Origin: Owenia fusiformis
Taxonomy: Eukaryota
DNA: 64,000 bases
Assembly (NCBI GenBank): GCA_903813345.2
Contig: CAIIXF020000001.1
Span: 20,522,001-20,586,000, forward strand
Direction: 5' to 3'
Shown: positions 13,001 through 23,952 of the stretch, one piece after another
Layout: every line of letters starts with the position of its first letter
Numbering within the stretch: position 1 is the stretch's first letter
Notes under the pieces: generated by a model
The model's input: only the letters and a program-made list of their open reading frames with translations
Told to the model about the DNA's origin: nothing
The model's database searches: none
Translations under genes and position numbers: made by a program

Positions 13001-16000
13001 TTTTCATGGATCGGGACCACTGTGACTTGTATTGTCAATCTGTAGGTTTTGGCTGTTCTAGTGTTCACATTTGAGGGTAACTCTGATATTGAATATCATG
13101 ATAATCAATTATACATTACATATCTGTTGTTGACTTCGGGATGCTGCATATACAGTACATCTGTTATCATCTGTAACGTGATTGTCGATCTTAGTTGTCC
13201 AATCTTGGTTGTCGAATATCGGTTCAATCTCGGATATTGAATCTCGGTTGTGGAATCTCGAACCTGGAATCTCGGTTATCGAATCTCGAACCTGGAATCT
13301 CGGTTATCGAATCTCGAACCTGGAATCTCGGTTATCGAATCCCTGACATGGAATCTCGGTTGTGGAATCTCGGACCTGGAATCTCGGTTATCAAATCTCG
13401 GACATGGAGTCTCGGTTGTCTATCCCAGATATAGAATCTCGGTTGTTGGATTACAGTTCTTCTCTGGCTCTGCACTTTGTTGTTGTTGTTGTTAGCCCGC
13501 AGTACCATATGTGAACGACCGAACGACTAGATTTGTGGTGTACGTCAATTTATTCACTTTACAGAGCCAGAGGGGCTAGAAACAAATCATAACAAGCAAT
13601 TACAATATAATAATAACATTGCATGAAATGGCATTGGCAAGGCTTATCAATATTACAGTACGAAATGGCATTGGCAAGGCTTATCAATATTACAGTACGA
13701 AATGGCATTGGCAAGTTTATTTGAAACACAATCTAATTTGACTATTTTACATTTGACAACATGAATGCTAACTTAATTGAATGTTTGGCATGTTAACTTA
13801 CAGAACTGGCTCTTGCTTTGAGCTTGAGGGAAATGTGGGAACCAATGGTGGTGAATCTGTGGCCTAACACACTGCCTGAATAAAAATTACAATACATTTC
13901 TAAGTTGACAAAAATACCATAAATGATTGGTAAAATATCAGAAATATGTGTTGTATTTAATCAAGTAATATCTAATAAAGCATATAAAAGTAAAATAAAG
14001 AGTGGATGGCTTACCAATATGAATGATTGTGGATGATTTTGTAGATTTTCTGGAGAGGTAAAAATATATATGTGGCTATTGTAGTGACTGTAAGCAAGAG
14101 GAAGTTGCACATTTATGTGCCAGCTATTTATGTGAATTGAAACATGAAATCTATATAGTGCCATCTATAAATGCAACTATAAACTTTAAAGTGCAGTTGG
14201 TCACATTTGTAAAGAGTAGTTGTATGAAATAATTTTGTCACAAAAAATCTGCAAAAAATTATACCCGTCTTTTTTATTTTCACTTTTGAGCAACACCATG
14301 TGAGCCCAGTACCCACGGTACTAATTTTTTCAGTACTCTTGACTTTCTAGAAGGATACCATCAGATCGATCTTTCTCGGATTTTCAAAACGTCACAACTT
14401 CCGCACCAGAAGTCATATTGCAATTTGGTTTGCAGATTCTGATTCTTGAGAAAATTCTACCCTTATTTCATATCTCACACATTAGATTTGGAGAATTTTT
14501 TATTTTGACCTACTTTTCGGACACCATATCTCAGAAACGGGTCAAAATACTTTCTGAGGGCAAAGGCTATCACTATAAACTTAATTTAAGCTATCAATAT
14601 ACCAAATTTCGAAGAATGTTTTGAAAGTATAGTGTCAGAATTGCAAAAATAAGAAAAAACATTTGAAATAGATTTTGACCTAGGCATTTTGGTGACCTAA
14701 TTTTGAATCTAGGTGGCTTTTGGGGTCCCCTTGTTTGAAGGGTTTCATTATATTAATCTATTAAATTATCTATATCTCTGTTTTTACAATTCATAAAAAT
14801 CTTTTTTTCCCATTGAATTAACATGGGGCACCAAATTTAGCGATTTTTGAGCTTTCAAAACGCAATTACTTCTGAACCGGAGGTGAAATCAAAATTTGGT
14901 TTGCAGATTTGGATTCCTGGGAAAATTCTAGCGTTAATTCATAACTCATAGGTTAAATTTATAGAACTTTTTATTTTGACCTACTTTTGGACACCATATC
15001 TCAAAAGTGGATCGAAATACTTTCTGACGGCAAAAGGCTAACACTATTAGCACACTATTTGCTACCTGTATACAAATTTTTTAAGCAAATCATTGAAATG
15101 TAGTGTCAGAATTGCAAAAATAAGAATAAACTATGAATTTGACCTAGATTTTGATCTAGGGATTTTGGCTTTCATTATTTTAAGCTGTACTTAGTCTATA
15201 TCTCGTATTTTACACTTCAAAAAATCTTTTTTTCCCATTGACATAACATGGGGCACCAAATTTAGCGATTTTTAAGCTTTCAAAATGTCATAATTTCCGA
15301 ACTGGAAGTCGGATCGAAATTTGGTTTGCAGATTCGGATTCCTGAGGAAGTTCTATACTTAATTCATAACTCAACGTTAAATTTGGAGAATTTTTTATTT
15401 TGACCTACTTTTCGGACACCATATCTCAAAAGTGGGGCAAAATACTTTCTGACGGCAAAAGGCTAACCCTATTAACACATTCTTGGCTACATGTATACAA
15501 AATTTTGAAGAATATAATTAAAGTGTAGTGTCAGAATCACAAAAATAAGGAAAAACTTTGAATTTGACCTAGATTTTGACCTAAGCGCTAGGCTGGATTT
15601 AGACCTAGACTTGACTTGGACCTAGACCAACACTGGACTTGGACCTGGACTGGACCTTGACTTGGACCTGAAAATGGACTGGACCGGCACTTTTTCAAAT
15701 TTTTCACTTTTCTTGACTTTCTATAAGGGTACCATCAGATCGATTTTTCTGGAACTTTCAAAACGTCATAACTCTTGAACCGGAAGTCGGATTTCAATTC
15801 GGTTTTCAGATTCGGAATCCTGAGAAAATTTCCTATAAGGCTGATACCCTGGACATTAAATTCGGAGAACTTTTTTTGGACCTCATTTTCGGACACTGAT
15901 ATCTCAAAATTGGTTCAAGATATCAAAAATCTAAATCGCATTGCGTTTTTCTACTTTTTTATGAGGAACACAATGAAAAAAACCCGGATCAAAAATATTG

Positions 16001-19000
16001 AAGGACGACCAAGATAATGGGAAAAAGTGACAAAGTACGGGATTTGACCTAGTTCTTGACCTTTGACCTAGATAAAAATTTGACCCCATTTCCCACCAAC
16101 TAGATACTGTAGTTTAATTGACCATATAATTGTCTTGAATAGATACCTTATAGTTGTTGAGAAAACGTGGGCAGTATAATAAGAATAAAAAGAATAAACA
16201 AAAGAGGCAAAAACAATAGACTCCAGATTTCATCTGGAGTCTAATAAGAATAAGAAAACTGACGAAAACAATAGACTCCAGATTTCATCTGGAGTCTAAT
16301 AAAGAAGAAGAAGAAGAAGAAGAATACTGACAAAAGTAATAGACTCCAGATTTACATCTGGAGTCTAATAATAATAAGAATACAGGCAAAAGCAATAGAC
16401 TCCAGATTTTCAATCTGGAGTCTAATAATAAAAATACAGGCAAAAACAATAGACTCCAGATTTTCAATCTGGAGTCTAATAAAAGTAATATTCAATACAA
16501 AACTATGATTTTAAAAAATCTACCTACCACCTCAGATTTGAGTTTTTTCCATTCTTCAGTGTAGCTATAATCTTTATCAAATGAATCACTAAAGATTTTA
16601 TCCAGTGTAAGCGGATTTACTTTAGCATCAGCTGCAGCAGCTTCAGAAAAACCTTGTATGATGGAATCTTCATGAGGAATATCATTATCTGCTAGCAAAT
16701 ACCTTATTGGTTGACCTCTACCTTTAAATGTAGCATATAATAGACTGAATATTCACTATTTTTTATTTGCTCACCAATAAATTCATATTTTCAGCCTGCC
16801 CAAATTTAGAACTTTAAAAGTAGACAACTTTAAAAGATAAGAAATTAGAAAAATCAAATGATGTACGTCACTTTAAGGAAGGTCTTCAGTCATCCTACGC
16901 ATGTAATCATTGAATAATTTGAAACATCTGCATTAATCTCTTACCCTTGCAGTCAAAGTAAATGTGCTTCAAGATAGACACTGAAAAACATAAAAGATAT
17001 ATGCTAAGGTTACAGTACATGAATGCTAATTATTAAGGTGTTTGGTGAGGCTGATTGTGATTTTAATTTCCTATGTAAAACCTTCCCCACTACAAAATAA
17101 CCTAGTATAGTACTATGTAAATGTTACCAGTTACAGTTTTTGTAGTCCAGTCCATAGTTACCACGCTATGTTAATGAAACATATGATTGATTCCATATTG
17201 GTAGTCCCTAGAATTTGTTTTGTTTTTTCCAAAAGTTGCCTTTTGTGCTCTCATGTAAAACGATGACAAATTATTTTACTCACTTTTCAGTCTTACAATA
17301 TCACCTTTGCTGACTGAACCTCCTAGTAAGACAGACAGAAGTTTATGTTTTATCTATGGTGTTCAAGTGTCATTAAAATGATATTCAGATTGTCATCAAT
17401 AATTGGACAATCATTGAATTAGGTCAACTTGACCTATATGATATAAATCAGTTTGACTTAACTCAATGTCCAAATCATACTCACTTGCACCAGTAGGGGT
17501 TAGCTTAAGTAAATGAGGGGGGGGGGGGGGGTAGGGTGAGAATAGAACATATGAAATGTATGGGGGAATAAATGAAATAGGATGGGAAGGGGAATCAAAG
17601 AGAAGAGAAATGCAAAAGTCAAGGCAGGTTGTATAGGTGGGATTGGGGGGATGTTAGTGCAATGAATAGGAAGGGAGTCAAGGCGATAGGTATGGGAATT
17701 GAGGTTAGGGGAGAGAAACAAGGAGAAGGGAGTCAAGGCGATGGGTATGGGAATTGAGGTTAAGGGAGAGAAACGAGGAGAAGGGAGACAAGGTGATGGG
17801 TATGGGAATTGAGGTTAGGGGATAGAAACAAGGAGAAGGGAGTCAAGGCAATGGGTATGGGAATTGAGGTTAGGGGATAGAAACAAGGAGAAGGGAGACA
17901 AGGTGATGGGTATGGGAATTGAGGTTAGGGGAGAGAAACAAGGAGAAGGGAGTCAAGGCAATGGGTATGGGAATTGAAGTTAGGGGATTGAAACAAGGAG
18001 AAGGGAGACAAGGTGATGGGTATGGGAATTGAGGTTAAGGGAGAGAAACAAGGAGAAGGGAGTCAAGGCGATGGGTATGGGAATTGAGGTTAGGGGAGAG
18101 AAACAAGGAAAGGGAGTCAAGGCAATGGGTATGGGAATTGAAGTTAGGGGATAGAAACAAGGAGAAGGGAGTCAAGGCAATGGGTATGGGAATTGAGGTT
18201 AGGGGAGAGAAACAAGGAGAAGGGAGACAAGGTGATGGGTATGGGAATTGAGGTTAGGGGAAAGAAACAAGGAGAAGGGAGACAAGGCAATGGGTATGGG
18301 AATTAAGGTTAGGGGAGAGAAACAAGGAGAAGGGAGACAAGGTGATGGGTATGGGAATTGAGGTTAGGGGAGAGAAACAAGGAGAAGGGAGTCAAGGCGA
18401 TGGGTATGGGAATTGAGGTTAGGGGATAGAAACAAGGAGAAGGGAGTCAAGGCAATGGGTATGGGAATTGAGGTTAGGGGAGAAAAACAAGGAGAAGGGA
18501 GTCAAGGCAATGGGTATGGGAATTGAGGTAAGGGGATAGAAGCAAGGAGAAGGGAGACAAGGTGATGGGTATGGGAATTGAGGTTAGGGGAAGAGAAGAA
18601 CAAGAAGGAGGTGTACAAGAAAGGAGACTAGGTAAACAGGTACAAAAAGGGAGTTGAGGCAATGGGTATGGGAATTGAAGTAAGTAGGGGAAGGGAAACA
18701 AGGAGAAGGGAGTTGGGGCGATGAATATGGAAATTGCAGTAGAGGGAAGAGGAACAAGAAGGGAGTCAAGGTGAGGAGAATCAATGGTAGGCAAACAGAA
18801 TCAATAGAAGGAGAGGGTTCAAAGCATTGGAGAAAATGAGTAACATGAAATGAATGGAAAAGTGATCAAGGAGATAGTCAAGGCAGCGGAATGGAAACTT
18901 TGAAAACTATATATTGGCATTTGTGCCTACCCCAAGTATATAATGAATGCCATTTTACTTGATATGATGAGTCAACTACATGTTTTATTTATATTCACAG

Positions 19001-21833
19001 GAGAAGCATCTGCAGTTGCTGGATGTTGGAGCCTTGGATGAGAATTACCAGAAGTGGAAGTCTTGGATATGCGCTACAGCAATAGATCTGAATCCCCAAT
19101 CTCCAGCTATTCTCCAGGCTGATTTCCTGGACTTTAAGGTGGGTAATCAGGATATTAAATATATACATGTATTATTCAATGAATTTGTTTCAACTGTTTC
19201 AGTTAGGCTTCTTGAAATATAATTCGATGAGGATATGTGATTCTAATTTGGTATAAGGGTGGAATGAATAGTATGCATATATACTTGGGACAAATACAGG
19301 GTGACCCAAAAAACAGAACCATCCATAATTTCTTTAATACATATCTTATCAGCTTCATTTTTTCATATTTAGATACTACACCCTGGGGATGACAATGTGA
19401 GACTAAATTCCTTACATAACATTTAATATTCTTCTTGCGTCCAAAATGTTACACATCATTTGTTGAGGAAGTGTCCTAGCAACCTTTAACCATCTTAAGT
19501 ATGGCTGCACCTTCTGAGTGTTGTTTTGGAACAATGTTCAATGCAATCACACACAGTGCTCTCATACCTCATTCTAAGAACCATGTAGATATGAACGCTG
19601 ATCATTTCTCCTTTCTTCCTCTTTCAACTCATTTTTAAATATTTGACTTTGATATTACATGTCAGGCAATGATTTTGACTGATCGTTCTGCTGTCTATAT
19701 CGTTGATATTATCAAAAAGCGATGGTTGAAGGAAATATTTTCTTTTTTTAAATTACAGAAAGATGTCAGTCAAGTCTATGATGTGATTGTTCTGAGTCTT
19801 GTTCTGAATTTTGCTGGAGATCCAATCATACGTGGCAAAATGCTAAAGCAAGCCAGGAGACTGTGCAAAATTGATGGCCATGTCTTGGTAAGCATAAACA
19901 TATATTTTTACTAGTATGACAGATTTGAGGGTGTATAACAGCAAAACCATCTCTTCCCCAATACAATTGATTACATGTACAATGTACTAGATACTGGGTT
20001 AATTGAATATATAAGATTGCCTGTTCAAGGCATTTCCTGTGTTCTTATATTTCCAGTTCATAATTTCATTTTTGACACATAGCATTATTATCAGATGAAT
20101 TATCTTCATTTCTGTATCATGCTTAACACTTCCTTTATAAAAATACAAATACAAATTAGCATATTTTCCATGTTTTATTTATAGATTGTATTGCCCTTGC
20201 CTTGTGTGAAGAACTCTCGCTATATGACCCATGACCTATTGAAGGAAATAATGGTGTCTTTAGGCTTTACATGTATTGATTCACATGATAGTAAGAGGTT
20301 GGCATTCATGATGTTTAAGAAGTCAGCAGGAGCAGCAGTTACACACAAGTGAGTTAACAAAATAATCAATGAGGCCACACATGATAAAATTAATGTTACC
20401 ACAAAAGTTTACATAATCATTGTCATATGATACTGGAATATGATGCAGTGATGGAAGAATGAAGTTACTTTGTTAAAGGGAAGTTTAGAATGATGATTTC
20501 ATGAGTGAAGAATGTTAATTTTTTGGTACATTTAAGAGAAATTCAATTAATGTCTTCTAATTTCAAGATGGGGGTGAAGGGGACTGAACCGATAAAATGC
20601 CACATTTTCATGTCACCAACACAAGTGGTGACATATTGTTATTGTCTCTAACTTTTTTTGTGGCAATGGTTGGTGTTTGGCATTTGGTGGTTGATGTTCA
20701 ATGTGTGTAACAAATGGCAGGTGGTGAGATTTTGCGAGCTAATGCGTTGTTTCAAGATATTTTAGTTATCCCAACGAACGAAGTTCGGTAGGGATATAGT
20801 GAAGCCCTCCGTCCGTCAGTCCGTCAGTCAGTCCGTCCGTCCGTCCGTCCGTCCGTCTGGAAGATAACTCAAATACGAGTTGACGGATTTTCTTCATATT
20901 TAGTGGAAAGATGTATATTGGTGAATAGTTGTACGCAAAAAAAAAATTTTTTCAAGATGGCCGCCACTTTAAAAATGACGGGACTTTTTCGCAAAAAACA
21001 TAAATTTTCATTCTAAACCAAAGTAATTAATATTATTGTTTGAAATTTTGGTAGTATATTCGCAACATCTATCTATTTCACACATATTCCGTGTTTTTCA
21101 TCCTGACCCCCAGGGGCTGTGTATGGGGGTCAGGAAAACAGTAATTTTCGCTAATTTTTAGATCTTTCTGAAGTATAGCTTTATTATACTCAAATGAAAG
21201 GCAATTAAGAGTAGATTGCAAATATTGTATCTTTTTTCTGATTCGAGCCTCGTAAAATTCAAAATGGCCGTCTAATGTACGATTTCGCAATAATTTTTCG
21301 ATCCCTTCAAAGTATGGCTATATTATACTCAAATTTTGAATTTTGGAGTAGATCACAATTATGGTATTATTCTTCAGATTTGTACCTCAGAAAATTCAAA
21401 ATGGCTGCTTTGCAGGAATTCGCAATTCTAAAATTTAAATTTTTCAATTTTAACCAAAGTAATGAGTATAATTGATTGGAATTCGGTAATTGATATTTTG
21501 TTCGTTGGGATTTGCTACTCCGCGGAGTTGCCATTGTCTAGTTTTCAACATATTTCTGAACTATCTTAACAGTTTCAATTCTATTAATGTAGAAAGATGC
21601 ACATTATATTGTATGTAAATGCTCTGATTCATAAAAAAACTAAAAATTGCAACAAAAAAGTTTTTTACACATTTTTGGAAATAAAAAATGTCTACTCTGT
21701 AGACTGCAGGTCTATTTTAACGCATGTTGAAACAATGACGTAATGAGATTTGTATTGATTTTTCAGAGTGTTCCCAAAGAAGGAGATGAAAAATGGTGTC
21801 AAGATGAACAACTTTACCATTGTTATTAAATGA
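1086..21833 (+). CDS. BMT2: Bmt2-family 25S/28S rRNA adenine-N1 methyltransferase (fungal Bmt2-like), copy A, 5'-partial
   Basis: Exons 1086-1227, 3672-3797, 19001-19138, 19759-19887, 20185-20348, 21767-21833 all have GT-AG ends and splice in frame: ...KELQKDVEE/AGGIAVYQVASKRGE...FNSAKWV.../...LLDVGAL...TAIDLNPQSPAILQADFL/...YDVIVLSLVLNFAGDPIIRGKML.../IVLPLPCVKNSRYM...SLGF.../KVFPKKEMKNGVKMNNFTIVIK*. The GGxxxYQxAS, DVGAL, SLVLNF, LPxPCVxNSRY and NNF motifs match Bmt2. The first exon starts in phase 2, so the ATG exon lies upstream. Confidence 0.9.
1374..2651. mobile_element. Kolobok-like non-autonomous DNA transposon with a nested ~680-bp insertion (~1920-2597)
   Basis: TTAA on both sides, AG termini and long imperfect TIRs. 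The empty site gaaacTTAAcaatg is at ~27006 in unit 2. Confidence 0.75.
2987..3182. mobile_element. hAT-like MITE with a 5-bp TSD (also at ~27328-27523)
   Basis: TIR cagtgatct...agatcactg, TSD ctatt. Present in both units, so it predates the duplication. Confidence 0.65.
3227..3650. mobile_element. Mutator-like MITE
   Basis: 9-bp TSD cattaagta and TIR cgaactcc...ggagttcg. Absent from unit 2 (empty site ~27559-27567). Confidence 0.8.
4147..4516. mobile_element. Tc1/mariner(pogo)-like MITE (also ~27970-28277)
   Basis: TIR ctgtaaattgctttaatt...aattaaagcaatttacag with a TA flank. Confidence 0.6.
4671..17284 (-). CDS. GSTP: Glutathione S-transferase, Pi-class-like, copy 1 (242 aa), nested antisense in a Bmt2 intron
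   Basis: CDS pieces 17284 (A of a split ATG), 16980-16945 (36 nt), 16721-16528, 6202-6008, 5233-5171, 4910-4671 total 729 nt. MSILKHIYFDCKGRGQPIRYLLAD...PFNVLPVLK...SQTNAILRYLARKYDLYG...NNGGTGFLVGDKISFADY...RPKI. The split ATG plus 36-nt exon and the NxGGxxFxVGDxISFADY motif are GSTP-like. Confidence 0.9.
7965..8477. mobile_element. Tc1/mariner-pogo MITE
   Basis: TIR ccgtattatcgcctattggcgcac...gtgcgccaataggcgataatacgg with a TA TSD. Confidence 0.8.
11384..11737 (-). CDS. 117-aa ORF inside the LTR element (coiled coil, acidic Ser/Asp tract, RRSTRxRxxPxRL tail)
   Basis: MATPTSEDKYKEAYMRLQREKK...SDSDD...LRRSTRIRQKPDRLTYT*. The tail resembles the C-terminal motif of Gypsy Pol/integrase. Confidence 0.55.
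   Translation of the reverse strand: MATPTSEDKYKEAYMRLQREKKQQDEEILRLDTQVVNLKNLKLYATSNDDTSDSDDVDHEVSSGNESTTSESDSDDSSSDGSFEILLFSKNQREEEDPSALRRSTRIRQKPDRLTYT
11900..13445. repeat. Tandem repeat blocks inside the LTR element
   Basis: ~90-bp units at 11900-12200, ~60-bp units at 12700-13000 and gaatctc-based heptamer arrays at 13220-13445. Confidence 0.75.
17672..18590 (+). repeat. G-rich 55-bp minisatellite upstream of GST copy 1
   Basis: Unit aagggagtcaaggcaatgggtatgggaattgaggttaggggagagaaacaaggag, about 16 copies. Confidence 0.9.
20606..20753 (+). repeat. Short dispersed repeat (~130-150 bp, tgtcacca...ggtgaca hairpin family)
   Basis: Related copies at ~705-840, 5403-5470, 25900-26030, 41326-41472, 48085-48170 and 62758-62885. 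Confidence 0.6.
20766..21541 (+). mobile_element. HINE-type element (third family)
   Basis: subTIR atcccaacgaa/ttcgttgggat, (gtcc)n microsatellite, 3' hairpin gctactccgcggagttgc followed by ctagtttt. Absent from unit 2 (~41485). Confidence 0.75.
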
Positions 21834-22495
21834 AAGAGAAATGTAGAGAGGGTGATTGGTCAGAAACTACAGGAGCCTCCACAAGTGAAGTGCAACTAGG
21901 ATACCAGTGATGCTTTGACCAAAGTGCTAAAATGATTCTAGTGCTACTAAAGACTGAAGTGCTTTGGTGATTGTAGTGCTACTGTGACTTAAGTAATACA
22001 ACAACAATGGTACATGATTCAAGTGCTGTATACTAGTGTATAGTGACTAAAGTGCAATAACAATGATTATACTGTGACTAAAGTGATTTAATCATTTTAG
22101 TGCATTTATGACTGAAGTACTACTATGATTCTAGTGATATTGTGTACAGAACGTGAACAGTAATTGCATTATTATATTCAAATCAAAGGTATTGGGTAGT
22201 AGATCATAAATATAGAATCATTTTGTTATCTTTTTTTTGCCATGGAAAACCAAAATTACTTTCCTTAGGGAATATGCAGAAATCTTCTTGAGATTCTACA
22301 TAGCCTTTTACAAATTCATGAACATTTGATATTTTCAGTCTCTATTAGCATATTTGATATCTTGTTGTGAACAATTAATTGCTAAATATACTTCAATGAT
22401 TGAGAAACAATTTATTGTATGTTGGGATTTGCTACTCAGCTGAGTTGCTGTTTTCTAGTTAATCTGTATTATTTGATTTGTGAACCAGATTACTG

Positions 22496-23907
22496 CAGGG
22501 TTCGTACACACCTGGAAATGTCAGGGAAATTGATTTATTTTTCCAGGTGCTGGAAATGTCAGGGAATTTTAAAATTGGGTCAAAAAGGGCCAAAAATGTC
22601 AGGGAATTTTGAAACAGTAGATGTGTCAGGGAAATGTCAGGGAATTTTGTATCAATGTTGAAAGAATAATGTTCCAGCAAAATACATTTTAGGGCTATGA
22701 CAGGATATAAGTGAAATCCAAAATCATCTAGTTGTTTCCACAAATTGCAAATCTTTTCATTAGGGTTGGTTGAATGACATTAGATCTGGTATTGTCTATT
22801 TGTAAGAACAGTGTGAACATTACACTGAAACCGAACAATAAAAATAATGTATAGATGATTTAATACAATTATGCTTTTTTATGTAGTAAGCTTAGTCTTA
22901 GGCCATTCAAAGTTAATTACTGGTATATATTTCATGGTTTGATGAGGGGTTAATCTGAGGGGGGGGGACGGGAGGTGAAAAACAAAAAAAATTCAGGGAG
23001 CTTTTTACAATGTAAAATTGTATTTATATTAAGAAGCTGTCTGTTCGACAGTCCGATCGTACGTCAGTCTTTTCAACTTTCAGGGGCTTTGTCAATTTTG
23101 AAAACCTTAGCACATGGAAGTAGGCAACCAAAATGTGTGTGGGGTACTATTAACAGTTTTTGAATTTGGTCCAAATTTTTCTTCTTGTAAAGATGAACCC
23201 AGCATTTTACTTTGGCTCAAATTTTGTATGATGTAGCCTTAGGAACAAAGGACCTGCTCAAGAAGAAATATTCAAGATGGTCTCTGAATTCAAAATTGCC
23301 ACCATTTTTTATGAAATATTTGATAATTTAAAGAAATTTGATTCCTGATAACACAAAATACTGATTATTTGATTTGGTATCATAGGCCTGAGCCTTTTCG
23401 TGATCTGGTGATGCTACTTGAGAAGGAATTTCTAATATGGTGTCAATTGTTTTGGTGTAATTTTCCCAAAAGGGAGAAGACAATAGTAATGCCAGGTTAT
23501 TGCTAATAATGTTCACAATGATAGTATTCAATAGAAATATGTTTCATTAGGTGGGAATTGCCCCTCAAGTGAGTTGCTATTTTTTTGATACATGTTGGCT
23601 ATGCCCCTGTACATGTATGTTTACCTTTGGCCTTATGCAATGTAAAATATGTAATATTAAAAATAAAATGTATCAGGAATAAATTGGTGAATAAGACTGC
23701 CTGTACAAGTAGTTAAGTCATGAGAAATGGTACTGAAGGAGAAACCCCAAATGTTTCATAATAAGTCTTTTTGTCTTGAATAATACAGTTTTTTGAGACT
23801 TTTTAGAGGGCGCGCGAGGAAAATTAGATCTGGAAATTTCCTTTTTTGCCTGGAAATGTCAGGGAATTGTCAGGGAAATTCATTTTGAAAAAGGTGTACG
23901 AACCCTG
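22496..23907. mobile_element. hAT-like (5-bp TSD) non-autonomous element
   Basis: TIR cagggttcgtacacc...ggtgtacgaaccctg, TSD tactg and subterminal gtcagggaa repeats. Absent from unit 2. Confidence 0.8.
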
Positions 23908-23952
23908 TACTGACATCTATGATATGTTACAAGGGATAAGAGTGTACTACAT

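Larger units (their letters stand above)
9998..14205 (-). mobile_element. Non-autonomous LTR retrotransposon (Gypsy-like, LARD/TRIM-type), 4208 bp
   Basis: 696-bp LTRs at 9998-10693 and 13510-14205 (TGT...ACA, no differences seen), 4-bp TSD tttg, and a PBS-like TGG 2 nt inside the right LTR on the minus strand. No gag or pol domains. Confidence 0.88.
8500..14325 (+). mobile_element. HINE-type element (second family) with an internal tandem core array, interrupted by an LTR element
   Basis: 5' subTIR/hairpin agctcacatggtgagct, (gtcc)n microsatellite at 8536-8577, tandem core repeats at 8590-9990, 3' subTIR ccatgtgagc followed by hairpin agtacc-cac-ggtact and a T-run. Confidence 0.75.
7034..16480 (-). 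mobile_element. Helentron-type non-autonomous (HINE/DINE-like) composite in GST intron 3
   Basis: Two 3' ends (7034, 7826), each with the stem-loop aattgaacaagttcaatt next to subTIR agactccaga; five 5'-end hairpins at 16217-16480; no TSD, T-rich site. The whole block is absent from unit 2 (empty site ~31670). Confidence 0.7.

Noticed and set aside
10449-14164. Identical 67-aa ORFs at 10449 and 13961
   Set aside because: Chance ORF within the two LTRs.
16215-16482. CRISPR-like array of palindromic repeats with spacers
   Set aside because: Eukaryotic context, no cas genes, spacers are related A-rich microsatellites, and the repeat equals the subTIR of the surrounding Helentron-type element.
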